DNA of 64,000 nucleotides from Octopus sinensis (GCF_006345805.1 NC_042999.1:133982001-134046000), one strand, 5' to 3'; shown: positions 39,945-53,821, numbered from the stretch's first letter. Program-made: numbers and translations. Notes: generated from the letters alone by a model not told the origin.

Positions 39945-40200
39945 CTAAGGAGCTGCGGTAGCCCCTCTCTGAATGCAACCAGGGATATCAGCATGTGTTG
40001 TAGCAGTCCTACTCGATGACGGCCTAACTTGAGCCTTGTAGAGTGTCAGCAGCTTTTGGGTGCTAAAATGTCTTTTGACACTAAAGAGAAGGGTTAATCT
40101 TAGAGATGCAGTCCTAGCTATGCAGAGGACGTTCTTTCGCGAAGAGATCATCGGTGATAATGCGGTCCATCATCTCTGAAGCGCTGTGAGACTTCTAGTA
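39945..40200 (-). mobile_element. Old CR1/L2-like LINE RT C-terminal remnant
   Basis: IARTASLRLTLLFSVKRHFSTQKLLTLYKAQVRP resembles the conserved post-RT segment. Confidence 0.55.
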
Positions 40201-40699
40201 GTGAGCGGCTAATAGTTAGAGGTGTTTTTTAATGCTAGTTCCTGTGTTCCTTTACTATTTAAAGAGATAAAGTGAGCAGAAATAACTTTTAAAATATTCA
40301 CATACTTCTACGAATATACATACATTCTCATACACATATATATGCATATATACATGCAAAAACATCTACACACACACAGTCTTTTTCTCTCTTTCGGTCT
40401 CTGTTACTCTGTCTGTCTGCCTTTTTTCTCCCCTTTCTCTCTCTGACTCTCTCTCTGACATACGCATACACTCACACATAGACATACACATAGAATCATA
40501 GAATGCGCCCGTGCATTCAAAATGTGAATATGAAGAGACAGATAGGCAGACAGACAGACAGACAGACAGACAGGCTGGCAGGCAGATAAATAGATAGATA
40601 TTTAGGCGCGCGCGCGCACATATATTCATCTACAGGCGCGCCCGTGCATCGGTATGTGAATGCGAAGACAGGCAAAAACTTAATATAGACTGATTGATT

Positions 40700-40730
40700 G
40701 ACAGACCGGTAGACAGGCAGACAGGTGGAT

Positions 40731-40804
<74 letters not shown>

Positions 40805-40830
40805 GTAGACAGACAGACAGACAGACAGAC

Positions 40831-40880
<50 letters not shown>

Positions 40881-40882
40881 GC

Positions 40883-40962
<80 letters not shown>

Positions 40963-40966
40963 TGAC

Positions 40967-41057
<91 letters not shown>

Positions 41058-41959
41058 CAGATAGATAAATTGTAGAGATAATTTGCAGGCACTGAATCTC
41101 AAACTTATCAATATTACTACTTTAAAACATATGAAAGGGCAACTAAGTTCATTGCTTTTCACAGCAAAAAAATTAATCTTTATGTTGACCTCAAAAAAAC
41201 GGACGATTAATTGAAACGTTGTTTATATGATAGCAGAATATCTTGTTTTTTTATTCATTTGCTGTCAACTTTTCACTATTTCTTCATCTTTTAAAGAAAG
41301 AATTTTTTTGTATGAGATGAAGGGCTATATGTAATGTGTGAGAGGAAGAGAGAGTATGAGTAAGTATGTATGTATGTATGTATGTATGTATGTATGTATG
41401 TATGTATGTATGTATGTATGTATGTATGTATGTATGTATGTATGTGTACATGTATGTATGTATGTATGTATGCATGTATGTATGTATGTATGTATGTATG
41501 TATGTATGTATGTATGTATGTTTGTATGTGTACGTGTATGTATGTATGTTTGTGTGTATGTACGTACGTATGTATGATGTATGTATGTATGTATGTATGT
41601 ATGTATGTATGTATGTATGTATGCATGTATATATGTTTGTATGTGTACATGTATGTATGTATGTATGTATGTATGTATGTATGCATGTATGTATGTATGT
41701 GTGCATGTATGTATGTGTGCACGTAAGTATGTGTGCATGAATGTATGAATGTATGTTATGTTATGTATGTAACTAAGTATGCATGCATACATGTATGTAT
41801 GTATTAATATATCTATGTATGTATGTATGTACGTACGTACGTATGTATGTATGTATGTATGCATGTATATATGTTTGTATGTGTGCATGTATGTATGCGT
41901 GTATGAATGTTTGAACGTATGTTATGTATGTAACTAAGTATGCATGCATGTATGTATTA

Positions 41960-41992
<33 letters not shown>

Positions 41993-42045
41993 TGTATGTA
42001 TGTATGTATGTATGTATGTATATATTTATATATGTATGTATGCAT
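40700..42045. repeat. (GATA/GACA)n and (TATG)n tracts with higher-order duplications
   Basis: Directly visible; tgttatgtatgtaactaagtatgcatgc occurs at about 41758 and 41920. Confidence 0.9.
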
Positions 42046-43722
42046 CTAAGCATGTGTATGTCTCTTAGTTTTGTGTATGCTTCTGTGTATAGGAGAGAGT
42101 AGTGCGATTCTAAGTGTGTATGTTTTCGTATGAAAGAGAGAATATTTGTGTGTGTGTATATGTATGTGTGTGCAGGTGTGTAAGCGAGTTAGAGAGGGGG
42201 AGAGGTAGATGTATGTGTCAGAAATATACAAAGAGAGAGAGAGAGAGCAAGTGTGTTTGTATGTGAGAGAGAGAGACAGAGAGCAAGAAAAAGAGAGAAA
42301 GGGACAGATAAATGTCAGAGAGAGGGATAGAGAAAGAGAGAATGTGTGTATTTGTGTGTGTGTGTGTTCAGTTGGGTTGTTCTATGTTTGTGTAACAATG
42401 AATGCGGGGAAGAGACTGTGCTTGTGTACGCGAAAGAGCGTCCGGCTGTAGGTGTAAGCATATATGCTTGCTCTTTTCTGTATAGCCATCCTATAGTTAC
42501 GTTATCTTTCACTACTGTCAACACATTTGAAAGAAAATGGCCGATGCGGCAACAAAGACGTCAACACATACATGCACGCTCAGACACACGTAACCTACGC
42601 ACATGCACACACACACACATACACACACACTAACAAACACACACTCACACAAATATAAATATATACATACTACAAACACACACAAACACACTCATATGCG
42701 CATGCAAACAGATGTGTGTGTTTGTGTACATATGTGTGTGTGCATATTTAAATATACATATGTGCCTGTATGTATGTATGTATGTATGTATGTATGTATG
42801 TATGTATGTATGTATGTATGTATGTATGTATGTATGTATATGTGTGTGTGCGCGTGTATATATATATATATATATATATATAAGCGAAAGCGATGTGATG
42901 TGTGGATACACAGAATTTTATTCTCTGATGAAAGTTAAAATGGCGTCGAGTGAATTTAAAAGGTCAGCGTTGTATGTTTGTTGGACAATATCTCTCATCA
43001 CGATTTAGATATGTTCGTTGTAGATCAAGTTTTCCCTTGGTTTCTTTTCCGACCTATGCACTCCACACCTATGCAGATTCACACCACGCGCGCCATCAGA
43101 CAAACGCAGAGACTTGCTCGCAATATACAGATGCTCTCGTACACACACTCGCGTCCACACACTCATGCATATATACACGCACACAAATCTTTCCCAAAGT
43201 CTTTAAATACAATCGTTTTAACGTGACGTCCTTTCCTAACTATTCGTCTTCTTCTCGCTTCCTTCCCTAATTCTTTCTCGCATAACTGTATTTCACTACT
43301 TCTACGTTTCCTCCTCTAAGTTCATTCACTTTCCTAACAATTACCCTTCTCACTTCTTCACCTACTCCACCACCTTCCCATATCTCTCTCCAATTCCCTC
43401 CCTCCTCCTCTCTCTTGCTTCCTCATTCTCTCTCTCGATCTGTTTACCTTCATCTTTATCTTTTTCAGAAAACACCACACTGTAAGACATTTCACTTCCG
43501 GGAATGCAATCTGCTCACATGTGTTTGCCCCGTGAGAAATGTTAGTCTCTAGCGAGTCCCCTGTGACTTGATTATCATTGTGGTCATCTAACCCACAGGC
43601 CGGCCATCGTCTTGCCAAACGATGGGAAAAGATATTCCAAGTATGAACATCTCATAAAACGACGACTTGAAGCACATTATCTTATAAATCATTTACATAT
43701 ATAAATGCACACATGCATTCAC

Positions 43723-43781
<59 letters not shown>

Positions 43782-43844
43782 ACACACACACACACACATA
43801 CACACACATGTATGTATATATATAATATATGTATGTGTGTATTA

Positions 43845-43885
<41 letters not shown>

Positions 43886-43887
43886 TC

Positions 43888-45220
43888 GGATCTTTTCTAA
43901 AAGATGGACAGAATTTTCTTCTTAACTAAATAATTTGAAACTTCGTATACTGGTAGAATGTGTCAAAAGAAAACATTAATTTCAATTAGTTTTTTTGAGA
44001 AAAATGTATTTTGTAACTTTTACGTAGTTTAATTCTTCGAATTTTAACCAATCGTATTCTCTGTTTTGAGCTCAATTCATTCGTCCTGATCACTGTCTTC
44101 TGTCTTCTGTCTTCAAAGGCTTTTCGCATGTTTATTTCAATGTCATCCCTGACTTACGGAGCGATTACCTGTGTGTGTGTTTTTGTTGTGTATGTGTGTG
44201 CGTGTGTGTGCGTGTGTGTGTTTGTTGTATGTGCGTGTGTGTTATTGTTGTGTATGTGTTTGTTGTGTGTGTGTGTTTTATTGTTGTGTATGTGTGTGTT
44301 TGTTGTGCGTGTGTTATTGTTGTGTATGTGTGTGTGTTTGTTGTGTGTGTGTGTGTTATTGTTGTGTGTGTGTGTTTGTGTGTTTTTGTTGTGGGTGTGT
44401 GCGTGTGTGTGTGTCTTTTTGTTGTGTATATGTGTGTGTGTTTTTTTGTTGTGTATGTGTGCGTGTGTTGTGTATCTCTTAAATCGATGAATTTCGTCGC
44501 CCAATAAAAATATTAACGATATTTTTTGAACTTTGATATCGTTAATATTTTTATTGGGCGACGAAATTCATCGATTTAAGAGATACACAACACAAGCACA
44601 CATACACAACAAAAAAACACACACACATACACAACAAAAAGACACACGCACACATACACAAGAAAAACACACACACATACACAACAACACACACACACAC
44701 AGCAAACACACACATACACAACAAAAACACACACACACATACACAACAATACACACACACACACAACAGACACACACACATACACAACAATAAAACACAC
44801 ACACACAACAAACACACACATATACACAACAATAAAACACACACAACAAACACATACACAACAATAACACACACACACACACAACAAACACACACACGCA
44901 CACACATACACAACAAAAACACACACACAGGTAATCGTTCCGTAAGTCAGGGATGACATTGAAATAAACATGCGAGAAGCCTTTGAAGACAGAAGACAGT
45001 GATCAGGACGAATAACACGGCTGAAGATGAATTGAGCTCAAAACAGAGAATACGATTGGTTAAAATTCGAAGAATTAAACTACGTAAAAGTTACAAAATA
45101 CATTTTACTAAAAAAAAACTAATTGAAATTAATGTTTTCTTTTGACACATTCTACCAGTATACGAATTTTCAAATTATTTAGTTAAGTAGAAAATTCTGT
45201 CCATCTTTTAGAAAAGATCC
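43888..45220. mobile_element. Fully palindromic (foldback) non-autonomous DNA transposon, Merlin-like
   Basis: Arms 43888-44522 and 44536-45220, 13-nt loop, termini ggatcttttctaaaagatgg / ccatcttttagaaaagatcc, perfect 8-bp TSD atatactc. Confidence 0.9.
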
Positions 45221-45714
45221 ATATACTCTTTACTCTTTTACTTATTTCAGTTATTTGAATGCGGCCATGCTGGAGCACCGCCTTTAGTCGTGCAAATCGA
45301 CCCCAGACACACACACGCACAAGCAAACACACACACATATATAAGAGGGACGTGCCGTCTAGGTAGGCAAGGTAGGCAGTGTCTACCTTGAATAAAATAG
45401 ATCGATAGCAACATTTTCCTTTTATGGCAAAATATGCACATAATTCAATAAAATTATGAAGGTTACTCTGATTATTATGTATAAAAGACAATATATTTTA
45501 TTTTATTGCAGATTAAGTAGACATAATTCGCCCCTGCTTTTCAATCTCAATATTTAAGTTATGCATTGTACTACTGTAGTACAGGTGCTGCGTGCATTTC
45601 TACAACACCGTTTTCTTTACGTGCTATAAAGGCCTGTGTTTCGTTTATATTCGTGCGTTTTTCTTACAGTTTTAGTTCATTTCCATTTATTTACATTTTT
45701 ACTACTTTCCAGCA

Positions 45715-46925
45715 ATGGATAATGACTATCTTAAAACATTTTCAAAACTAGCTTATGAAAAAAATAGACAAATTATAAAAAATGGTTGACCAACTTAGTG
45801 ACCTAGAACAACAGAAAGGGACAAAAAATATTGGAACATTTCAAACTGCGTGGTACAGCAAAAAAGAGTGGGTGTATTACAACAAAAAGGCTTTTTTGTT
45901 TCCAATGTTTGCTATTTCCTATATCTAGTGAAAATGTGTGGGTAAAAGAAGGATATTGAGATATAAATGAATAACCGAATGCTTTAAGTAAACACGAGTG
46001 ATCAGCAGCACATTATGGAAGCCAAATATCATTGAAAATATTTAGATCTACACGAATCGACTTGCTCTTGAATAAACAGAAGTCTATCAGCATTGAATTT
46101 CACAATAAAAAAAAGTTAAAGAGAACAGACATATATTTTTTTTTAAATGATTTCTGCTACATGTTTCTTGATTAAACAGGAACTTGCATTTTGCGGAGAT
46201 AATAAAAAAAATCATCGTTAAATCGCGGAAACTATGTTGAGTTACTGAACTATACTCCAAAATTTGAGGACAGATTGGCCCAACATTTAGAGAATACATC
46301 AGTTTTTTCTGGCCTTTCTAATAAGATACAAAATGACATGATAGAAACAGTAGGCACGATCGTAGAAAATAATATTAAGGAAGTCGCACAGACCTCGTTC
46401 ATTGCTACAGGTGGGGATAAAGCGACTGGTATTTCACGCACAACTCAGTGTTCTACAGTATTGAGGTACGTTGGACTCTGATATCAAAGAAGTTTTTATA
46501 GGATTTGACATTCTTAAGGACAGAACTGTTGGAGGTGTAACAGAGAGTATATTTAATAATTTGGATAAATACGACTGTTGTAAGAAACTTGTAGCACACA
46601 CGTACGATGAAGTGATAGTGATAGCATTCAATTTAAATGGTGTTCAAGTTAAAGAAGAGAAAGGGCACCAGCAGCTTTATTTACTCAGTGCTATGCTCAT
46701 AAATTAAAGCATGTTCTATCTCAGCAAAATTTATTCGTGAATTTTCTAACTTTTTTAAGACCAGACAGGCACATTTTCCCTTCAATCTACAAAACGAACG
46801 CAACTTCTTGATGAGATAGTGAGCAAACGCATTCCAAAGGCGGCACCAAACAGATGGAGTTCGAATTCAAAACTAATCCAGACTATTTTACAATACCATG
46901 GTGACCTTTGCAAACTCTTTAACAG
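45715..46925 (+). pseudogene. hAT (ZMYM1/DUF4371-like) transposase, N-terminal and central remnant
   Basis: GNYVELL, LAQHLENTSVFSGLSNKIQNDMIE, QCSTVLRYV, KLVAHTYD, CYAHKL, KRIPKAAPNRWSSNS. Confidence 0.85.
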
Positions 46926-47554
46926 TATGTTTCTTAGATACCGCCTTGCTGTTCCACAATAAAAATGGAAATAGTGACACATCTCTATCCAAAATTATAT
47001 GGGATCGGGAAAAAAATCCTTCACTCTTTAAAATATAGCAATCTCTCCTTCGTAAACTGAATACAAAACCGTGTAATCTATATACAGCCGAAGTCTTGAA
47101 ACCATATTTGTCTATCAGAGAATTTTAATTCATTGCTAACCAGACACTCTGAGCAAGTACCCTTTTGCTCAGGCTGAAAATTTTCGAAATTTGTAAGCTG
47201 TTGATATACACTAATAAGTAAACCCACGCAAAATATTTTCATACCAAGTATAATGGCAAAAATCTTCATTGGTGTGTGATTTTTTTACCTTTGTCGATAT
47301 CACATAATTTTATTTGCACAGACGTTTTGTCTAACTTAATTTTTATATAATTTTATATATAGACACACATATCCCTATCTATACGTGCATCTATAATGGT
47401 TGTCCACTTCTTGAACGAATATAGCCATCAATGATGAATTGTGTCCAAAATCTGCCACTATTTCATGTGTGAAATAAAGTCGAGAACAGCTATGACTCTC
47501 ATTAGGAGAGCCAACGAACCCAGAGCGAAGCCGAAGCAAGATATCTGTCAGAGC

Positions 47555-47800
47555 AAGGTTAACGTGGCCTTTTGTTTAGAGTGTAGCATTAACGATCGTA
47601 AGTTTGCAGTTTCGATTCCTGAGCCAGGCGGTGTTTTGTTTTTGAGCAAAACACATCATATAATGTTGTTTCAGTACACGCAATAGTAAATGAGTTCCTG
47701 ACTACTTGGGAAGCTAACCTTGTGAAGCACTCGCATCCTGTTCAATAGGATGAATATAGTAATCTCACTCACCTACACGCTAAAGAACCCGGATTAAACT
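47555..47800 (+). mobile_element. Degenerate H2/CORE-like SINE
   Basis: aacgtggccttttgtttagagtg...gtttcgattcctg...tgtttttgagcaaaacacatc. Confidence 0.55.
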
Positions 47801-48731
47801 CTGGTTTTATGAATCCCACGGCTATTGACAGACCCAAGTATCCTTCTGCTTCAGGTATACTTTAACAAAAGCTAAGGAAGAACCTCATCAGCAAAGAATT
47901 TATACATGTTAGTACTATTCTATTTTATGCATTTACTTATTTCCTATTCTTTTTACTTGTACAGCTTCACCTTACAACTCTTATTTATATGTACATCAAT
48001 CGTGTTCAATTGATGCACCGTCATATGTAATTTCTATTACCTTTCATTAATAATTATTCACACAAGTTCCTTCCCTAATAATTAACGTTGCCTTATAAAC
48101 ACATTAATATAAGACATACTTTCTTCCTTTTCTTTCTCGTTTCCATTTTATCTATCTTCATTTTAAATCAAAATATATACCCTTAATAGCGTAAATACAT
48201 TTTAATTACATCATTTTCTCAACAACTTAAATATCAAATCAATTTCCAAACCTCTAGCATTTTCATCCCACTCCGTTAGAAAGCTAATCAGATAATGTTT
48301 AAAATTATCCGATAGAAACCTTGTTAACTTAACTTAAATAGAAAGCTGTCACTCGAGAAAGGTTAATCGTTGTCTGCTTCGATCACTTGAGTGATATTGT
48401 TGAGTTTCCGTCAATTTCTTTCTATTCTCAGTTATCGATAATAATGTTCTTCTATAGAAGCATTGACGTTTGGCATGACTGTTATTTGTCAGATTTTATT
48501 CTAAATCGAATATGTTTTTCCCCCACAGCCTTTCTCGGTTGATCAAACATGAATCCGTCTTAGTGAGAGTAAGTGTGCAATATCTCTACCAGATTCTTCT
48601 TTGACTGTACGGTGTGAAGTGCTGTCGATGGGTCATCGCTACAGAAAACGTTTAAAGAGGCAAGATGCAAACTCACAGATCTTCTTGGCATTTGCTCCCC
48701 CTAATATTTGAAAATAATAGAAAAAATTAAT

Positions 48732-48807
<76 letters not shown>

Positions 48808-49224
48808 ACACACACACATACATAAGTGTGTGAGAGTGTGCATATGTGTGTATGTGCATAACCTTTTTGGAACAGTGAATATCAAAGCAGGTTATGTTAT
48901 AAATCAGTGGTTCGCGACCTTTTCACAGTAGTTCCCAACCTCTTTTTTTAAATGAGTTTACCCACGGACCCCTTTTAATATGCCTATCCTTAAGCATATA
49001 TATATATGTATGTATGTTATATATATGTATATATATATTTTTTATTTTATTTTATTTATTTTATTTCATTTTATCTAGTTTCAGCTCACAAGGTGTGGCC
49101 ATGGTGGGGCACCGCCATTTGGTGTTGCTACATGATTTTACTTCACGAATGCTTTTTAGCAATTGCCATTTGGTGCATGAGAGAGTTTGATGCAGCTGCC
49201 CTCATCTGCACCTCCTGCCGTGAT

Positions 49225-49645
49225 ATATATACTCTTTTTACTCTTTTACTCTTTTACTTGTTTCAGTCATTTGACTGCGGCCATGCTGGAGCACCGCCTT
49301 TTTTAGTCGAGCAAATCGACCCCAGGACTTATTCTTTGTAAGCCCAGTACTTATTCTATCGGTCTCTTTTGCCGAACCGCTAAGTGACGGAGACGTAAAC
49401 ACACCAGCATCGGTTGTCAAGCAATGCTAGGGGGACAAACACAGACACACAAACACATACACACATATATATATACATATATACGACAGGCTTCTTTCAG
49501 TTTCCGTCTACCAAATCCACTCACAAGGCATTGGTCGGGCCGGGGCTATAGCAGAAGACACTTGCCCAAGATTCCACGCAGTGGGACTGAACCCGGAACC
49601 ATGTGATTGGTTAGCAAGCTACTTACCACACAGCCACTCCTGCCA
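49225..49645 (-). mobile_element. SINE family A, young full-length copy
   Basis: Complete tail, linker, CORE-like segment and head (cacagccactcctgcc). Confidence 0.9.
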
Positions 49646-50044
49646 CTTCATATATATATATGAAATTTTGAATTTAGTTCACGGATCCCAGCTTGAGAAG
49701 TACTGCTATAAATTATGGCGGGTAACTTAACTATTGGTTTTAAAAAAATAAACATTGGATTGAAAAATTCGAAGACTGTGTATGTTTATGTACATATAGA
49801 CATATCTGTATATAGTTTTCTATAGTTTATATAGATACATATACAAACCGGTACAGGCAAAAACCTCAATAAAACACCAACAAATTCAATTTGTCAGCAA
49901 GCTTTGGATAATATTATCACCAATATAAAAGCGGCTAGCTGGAAGAATCGTAGCTGCGGTGGGTAAACGGATTAGCGATATTTCGACCGTCTTTAAGTTC
50001 TGAACTCGAATTCTACCGACGTCGAGTTTTCTTTCATTTTTTCA

Positions 50045-50290
50045 GGATCTTTTCTGCTGCAATTGTTTCTGTAGAGAGGTTGTTTTCGGCTTTGAAAATA
50101 ATTATGAGCTACACTATGAGCTACAGAATGATAAATCAAAGACTTTCTTTACTTGCTTTAATATCTATTGAAAAGGAAAGACTTAACAAAATGGAGCAAG
50201 ACCCTATTTTCAATTTCTGTGAAAGAGTGACTGATATTTTGCTACAAAGAAAGAGAGGAGAATGGATTTCCTGTACAAACAGGCTGATAT
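50045..50290 (+). pseudogene. hAT transposase C-terminal dimerisation-domain remnant
   Basis: SVERLFSALKIIMSY...QRLSLLALISIEKE. Confidence 0.8.
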
Positions 50291-50357
50291 AATTAGTAAG
50301 TAAACTTTTTAAATATTTTTATCCTTTTATATATTGACAAATCTTTTGATGATACCT

Positions 50358-50587
50358 ATTTCTTTATTACCCACAAAGGGCTAAACACAGAGGGGACAAA
50401 CAAGGACAGACATAGGTATTAAGTCGATTACATCGACCCCATTGTGTAACTGGTACTTAATTTATCGACCCCGAAAGGATGAAAGGCAAAGTCGACCTCG
50501 GCGGAATTTGAACTCACAACGTAACGCAGACGAAATACCGCTAAGCATTTCGCCCGGCGTGCTAACGTTTCTGCCAGCTCGCCGCCT
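50358..50587 (-). mobile_element. SINE family C, full length (copy 1)
   Basis: atttctttattacccacaaag...ctgccagctcgccgcct. Confidence 0.9.
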
Positions 50588-50715
50588 ATATTTTTTTTTT
50601 TACCACTATATATAGGAGAATGGATTTCCTGTACAAACAGGCTGATATAATTAGTAAGTAAACTTTTTAAATATTTTTATCCTTTTATATATTGACAAAT
50701 CTTTTGATGATACCT

Positions 50716-50941
50716 ATTTCTTTACTACCCACAAGGGGCTAAACACAGAGGGGACAAACAAGGACAGACAAAGGGAATAAGTCGATTACATCGACTCCAG
50801 TGTGCAACTAGTACTTAATTTATCGACCCCGAAAGGATGAAAGGTAAAGTCGACCTCGGCGGAATTTGAACTCGGAACGTAACGACAGACGAATGCGGCT
50901 ACGCATTTCGTCCAGCGTGCTAACGTTTCTGCCAGCTCGCC
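50716..50941 (-). mobile_element. SINE family C, full length (copy 2), 16-bp TSD
   Basis: Flanked by tcttttgatgatacct (50700-50715, 50942-50957). Confidence 0.9.
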
Positions 50942-51280
50942 TCTTTTGATGATACCTTACTACATAAAGGTTACCAACTGACTACCCTGAGTAATTTCTG
51001 ACAGCACGTGCCTGATATATAATATACAATATATACATAAGCACTGGGGTTAGTGTAATCGACATACCCACTACCCCACTGTTCCAGATATTGAAATCAA
51101 TATTATACCCAAATATTGAAATCGATATTGATAGTAATATTGATGATTATGATGGCACTAGTGAAGATGGTGCTGAAACTGTTTTCTGGGAAAAATATTA
51201 ACACAACTTTAATGATAATACTAAGTGTCTGCAATGTCTTGACGGAGTATATAAACTTTCAAATCGCTGTGTGTGAAAAA

Positions 51281-51521
51281 AAAAACACCTCTGAGTCATG
51301 GACAGGCGTGATAATTCACTTTCAATTTCGGGCTTACCCGCGCCTAATTTTACAAACCATGAGCATCTGAGTCGTTGGACTGGCTAGGTGACTTGCCTTC
51401 TAACTTGACGGGTGAGTGATGTTGGCAGGCCGCACAAATGGCGAAACACCGGTGTCCATCATTCCGAAATGGAATGGAAGGTGAGTTATTTCGCCTGTCC
51501 ATGACTCTGAGGTGTGTTTTT
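51281..51521 (+). mobile_element. Inverted-repeat-bounded element with a decayed hammerhead
   Basis: About 45-bp inverted arms at 51281-51323 and 51477-51521. HHR fold at 51414-51464: gagtgatg-UUGGCAG-gcc/gcacaaat/ggc-GAAA-CACCGGUG-UC-catcattc. Confidence 0.6.
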
Positions 51522-52408
51522 AAACACCTAAAGATTCGAGAGTTTATATTCTCAGCCACGCCAATCCAGCCACGGGAAAATACACAAAGCATATACATTA
51601 AGTATATATATATATATTTTTTTTTTCTTTTACTTATTTCAGTCGTTTGACTGCGGTCATGCTGGAGCATCACCTTTTAGTCGAACGAATTAACGCCGGG
51701 ACTTATTCTTTGTAAGTCTAGTACTTATTCTATCGGTCTCTTTTGCCGAACCGCTAAGTTACGGGGACGTGTTAAAAAGATTATATATATAGATAGAAAT
51801 ATAGATAGATAGATTTTGTTTATGTGTAGCTGGCGTATGTGTGCATGTGTACATATATGTGTACAGCAAGTGTCCAGCGCTGGACACTTGCTGTTGGCTT
51901 GTTTGCATCCCCGTAGCATAGCAGTTGGGCAAAAGTAAAAGAAAAAAATCCGTTAAGGTGATGCCCCAGCATAACCGCAATCCAATGACTGAAACAAAAG
52001 ATAAAACATAAAACCAGCGCTCTATATATGGAAGGAAAATGATGAAGAGAAAGAACAGAAAAAGAACTCTGTCTTATGATGTATTCCTCAAGATATGTTT
52101 TTGTCACAGGTTACTTCGGTAGACACATATTTTATCTGTCTCTTACTTTCATTCAAGTATCCATTATACTTCATATCTGTTTATACAAGCGTGTATAGTA
52201 CAATGATTCTCTCTTATATACATTTACTGAAGCATGCACTCACCCACACCAGCACACACATATGCACAGTCTTATACATTTATGTATGTATGTATGCATG
52301 TATGTATGTATGTATGTTTGTATGTATGTATGTATGTATGTATGTAGTTATCTTGTGTGTGTGTGTATAGGTATATGGACATATATATATAGACATATGC
52401 ATACATAC

Positions 52409-52462
<54 letters not shown>

Positions 52463-53589
52463 ATGTATATTTATATATATTCGCATATACATACACACAC
52501 ACATATATACACACAAATCATTATATAGTATGTATGTACATATATCTATATTTATAAATGCATTTAAACATATATTGGTGCACACATACAAAACCCACCA
52601 CCACCAATAACACAAGTAGGGGTATATGTGTGCGCATGCACATAGCTTTCTGTATGTAAGAGTACTGATTTATGAATGCGTGCGTGCGCATTTGTGTATT
52701 TGTGCGTGCGTTTATGTGTGTGTGTATGTGTGTGAGCGTGTGTATGTGTGTGTGTGTGTGTGTGTGTCTGTGTTTAAGTAGATTGTTTCCTCCATACATT
52801 AACATTTACATAACGTATACATACACTAGCTTTCTTTGATACATGCATCTATCTCACATCCGTAAATTCGTGACTTGCTCGTCTATTTTCCGGAATATTG
52901 CGCCACTTCAAGATTCTTATCGCTATTAATAAATGCCGAACCAGGGAACACACTGGTTTGCATCTTGTAGATCATCTCAACGCCCACCTCTTCCACGTCA
53001 TATACCTTTAGCTTTTTCAAATGTTTATTTTTTTCTCTCAATTTCTTTTTTCAACTTTTTCTCCATTTCATTCTTTATCTCCTCCTCCTCGTCTGTCTCC
53101 TTCTCTCTCCTCCTCTCTCTCTCTATCATGCTTTATTTTCCTGTCTTTTTCTTTCGCTTTTACCGCTTCCAACCGCTTCGTGTTAGTCTCTCACACCACT
53201 TTCCTGACCCTTGCCATATAAATGGCAGTACCTGTCACGCATTGGCTATGACGACGTGGTTAATTTCGCCTAGTTACTGATTTATTGGATGCCTGAGATA
53301 AGACGGGAGTGCCCCCTGGTGACCTGCAGTCATACTGGCACATAGATAAATTGAAAATGCTTGCTCGCTCAGGGAGACGAAACGCAGAGAACTGCAGCCA
53401 TTTTGCTGACCGACGATCAATTCCAAGCCATCATCCGCCATGTTGGGTTAACGCGTTTTTGCGACACATCAGCACGCCATCTATTTCCCTCTGCTGTTCT
53501 GTGCACCAGTGTGAATGAAAATGTGTGGAAGTGGGGTGAAGGTGCGTATCAGTGCTTCTGATGATTGTATTACTGTTCATGTATGGCTT

Positions 53590-53620
<31 letters not shown>

Positions 53621-53731
53621 TATATTTATTTATTTGTGATCGTGTGTCAGTTTGTGAGCAAGTGTGAAAATATCTCAAAGCATTTATATATATATATATA
53701 CTTATATATAGATATACATAAACATATACGT

Positions 53732-53801
<70 letters not shown>

Positions 53802-53821
53802 TGTATATATATATGTATATA

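Larger units (their letters stand above)
45345..51014 (+). mobile_element. hAT DNA transposon, decayed, with nested insertions
   Basis: TIRs gagggacgtgccgtc / gacagcacgtgcctg; perfect 8-bp TSD atatataa (45337-44, 51015-22); transposase pieces at both ends. Confidence 0.85.
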
